Assembly (NCBI GenBank): GCA_040326155.1
Contig: JBEQLE010000060.1
Coordinates: forward strand, 1 to 27,741
Origin: Leptospirales bacterium
GTDB lineage: Bacteria; Spirochaetota; Leptospiria; Turneriellales; JAOUFE01
Reading direction: 5' to 3'
DNA length: 27,741 bases
Every line of letters starts with the position of its first letter. Position 1 is the first letter of the stretch. The translations under genes and the position numbers were made by a program. The notes beneath the pieces were generated by a model that was given only the letters and a program-made list of their open reading frames with translations, had not been told where the DNA came from and searched no databases. Positions 25,807 to 27,741 of the stretch are shown here, piece after piece.

Positions 25807-26910
25807 TTAAACGTTAAATCTGAAATAAATAACATCTCCGTCAGCAACAGTATAATCTTTACCCTCAACGCGCAGCTTTCCGGCATCTTTAGCTGCCTTC
25901 ATTCCGTCATTGGAAACAATGTCATCGTAAGAAACTATTTCAGCTCGAATAAAACCTCGTTCAAGGTCGGTATGGATTTCTCCAGCTGCTTGTGGAGCCA
26001 GAGCGCCTCGAACAATATTCCATGCTCGAACTTCTTTTTCGCCAGCGGTAAAAAAAGTAATATAGCCAAGTAGTGTGTATGCTTCTCTAATAACACGATT
26101 GAGTCCCGGTTCGGTTAAACCAAACTCTTCGAGAAAAGTTTGTTCTTCTTCAGGTTCAAGCTGGGTAAGTTCAGCTTCGATTTTTCCACAAATAGGCACG
26201 ACGTAAGTTCCTCTTTCTTTTGCCGCTTGCTCAAGGGCTATATAATGAGGAGATGTTTGTGGTTTATCGATGAAATCTTCGTCGACGTTACCTACAAAAA
26301 GTACGGGTTTTAAAGTCAATAATGCTAGCTCTTTAATGGCAAATATTTCATCTTCATTTAAGTCTACGCTTATGGCCGGTTTTGAATCTTTTAATACAGG
26401 AAGAACTTTTTGCAAAACCTGGTCCTGAAATTCCGCTTCTTTATCTCCGCCTTTAACCAGCCGTACTAATGTTTGTATCTTTTTTTCGACTTGTTCAATA
26501 TCTGCTAAAATAAGTTCGAGTTCTATAACTTCAATGTCATCTGCGGGGGATACTTTACCAGAAACATGGGTAACATTTTCATCATCAAAGCAACGGACAA
26601 TATGCAATATGGCATTCACCTGTCGAATATGCGCTAAAAAAGCATTTCCGAGACCATCACCTTTGGATGCGCCAGCGACGAGTCCGGCTATATCGACAAA
26701 TTCAACGGCGGCCGGAACTTCGCTTTTTGGACCAATCATTTTACATAAATTTTTGAACCTGGGGTCAGGTATTTCCACAATTCCCACGTTCGGATCAATC
26801 GTACAAAACGGAAAATTTTCAGCAGCAGCGCCATGACTTTTTGTTAAAGCATTAAAGATCGTCGATTTGCCTACATTAGGTAAACCGACCAAACCACATT
26901 GTAAACCCAT
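25807..26910 (-). CDS. ychF: Redox-regulated ATPase YchF
   Basis: GLPNVGKST, FPFCTIDPN, DIAGLV, FFTAGEKEVRAW and FRFNV. Confidence 0.97.
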   Translation of the reverse strand: MGLQCGLVGLPNVGKSTIFNALTKSHGAAAENFPFCTIDPNVGIVEIPDPRFKNLCKMIGPKSEVPAAVEFVDIAGLVAGASKGDGLGNAFLAHIRQVNAILHIVRCFDDENVTHVSGKVSPADDIEVIELELILADIEQVEKKIQTLVRLVKGGDKEAEFQDQVLQKVLPVLKDSKPAISVDLNEDEIFAIKELALLTLKPVLFVGNVDEDFIDKPQTSPHYIALEQAAKERGTYVVPICGKIEAELTQLEPEEEQTFLEEFGLTEPGLNRVIREAYTLLGYITFFTAGEKEVRAWNIVRGALAPQAAGEIHTDLERGFIRAEIVSYDDIVSNDGMKAAKDAGKLRVEGKDYTVADGDVIYFRFNV

Positions 26911-27054
26911 ATTGACAGATTATATAATAGAGACCGCCTGACGATAAAAAACTTTTAGAATAATGCAAACCTGTAATTTGTATACAAAAATAAAAAAACA
27001 AACGAAGTTTTAATAAATCTCTATTTCATGTTTCCTATGGAAGAAATAAAATTA

Positions 27055-27741
27055 TTAGTCAATTTCTACACCAAAGAATTTAAGTCCTTTTTTCTTCTTA
27101 TTTTTACCTTTATTTTTCTTTTTATTTTTTGAGTTTTCTTTCGGGTCTTCTTTTTGGCTTTTTCGCTCTTGAACTTTCTGTCGTCCCAGCAGGCGGAACT
27201 TATAAGTATAGTCCTTTGGTTTTCCATTTACAGTAACATTTTTAATTGTAACAGTATATTCCACATTATTTGCAAGCCCTCGGGTTTTCCATTGGATGAT
27301 ATTTGGAATTCCATACCCTTCATAGTTGGTTTTAATAGAAGATACTCCTAATTTTCTACCTTTAGGGTCACGAACTTCAATTTTGGCTTTTTTGTAATTG
27401 ATATTTTTTTGGCCATTGCCCCAACCGGAGGTTCGATCAACAATAGCGTTGAATGATAAATACCAGGATTTTGCAAAAAGGCGATCAGGGTAATCCCCAT
27501 AAGGATAAGCGACAAAATTTAAATTAGTTTTTGTTATATCTTGAGACTCATCATGAATTACTTTTAAGGCAGCCGCTGAAACTCCGTTTCCGTCAACTCT
27601 TCCATACGAAATATATTTTAAAAACGGATCGAGAATCCACCTTCTGTGTCCAAGCGATTCGACCCTGTCGTCAACAACCCAACCTGTGGTAAAGTATTCG
27701 GTACTATAAGCCTGGCCCCGGTACAAATCTCCAAAATACAA
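27055..27741 (-). CDS. CAP/SCP-domain protein, 5'-truncated by the window edge, with a Lys-rich tail
   Basis: SLGHRRWILDP CAP motif followed by an Ig-like beta region. The ORF is open at the window end. Confidence 0.65.
   Translation of the reverse strand: MYFGDLYRGQAYSTEYFTTGWVVDDRVESLGHRRWILDPFLKYISYGRVDGNGVSAAALKVIHDESQDITKTNLNFVAYPYGDYPDRLFAKSWYLSFNAIVDRTSGWGNGQKNINYKKAKIEVRDPKGRKLGVSSIKTNYEGYGIPNIIQWKTRGLANNVEYTVTIKNVTVNGKPKDYTYKFRLLGRQKVQERKSQKEDPKENSKNKKKNKGKNKKKKGLKFFGVEID

Overview
AT-rich bacterial chromosomal segment, probably a Leptospirales-like spirochaete. This is inferred from a LipL45-like FecR lipoprotein, a GAF-GAF sigma54 activator, SpoVG and a DUF1566 lipoprotein. It holds a nitrogen-uptake module (TorF-like porin, amtB, P-II) and housekeeping genes (hinT, ferredoxin, tmk, trmB, gltX, family-4 UDG, spoVG, ychF, tRNA-fMet, tRNA-Met). 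It also holds accessory genes: a radical SAM enzyme with CX8CX2C, a Cys-rich membrane protein, an orphan aldolase/SDR fusion and a 1434-aa multidomain lipoprotein. Two unannotated layers stand out. (1) A dispersed element of exactly 77 nt occurs in three copies (2107-2183, 13065-13141, 18782-18858), with invariant blocks, compensatory base changes and a possible pseudoknot; I do not recognise it as a known RNA class. It is physically associated with CAGGA-repeat hairpins. (2) A sigma54 mini-regulon: three -24/-12 promoters (amtB, porin and the activator itself), each preceded by a shared 17-bp NtrC-like box, at gaps of 38, 49 and 27 bp (11-bp steps).
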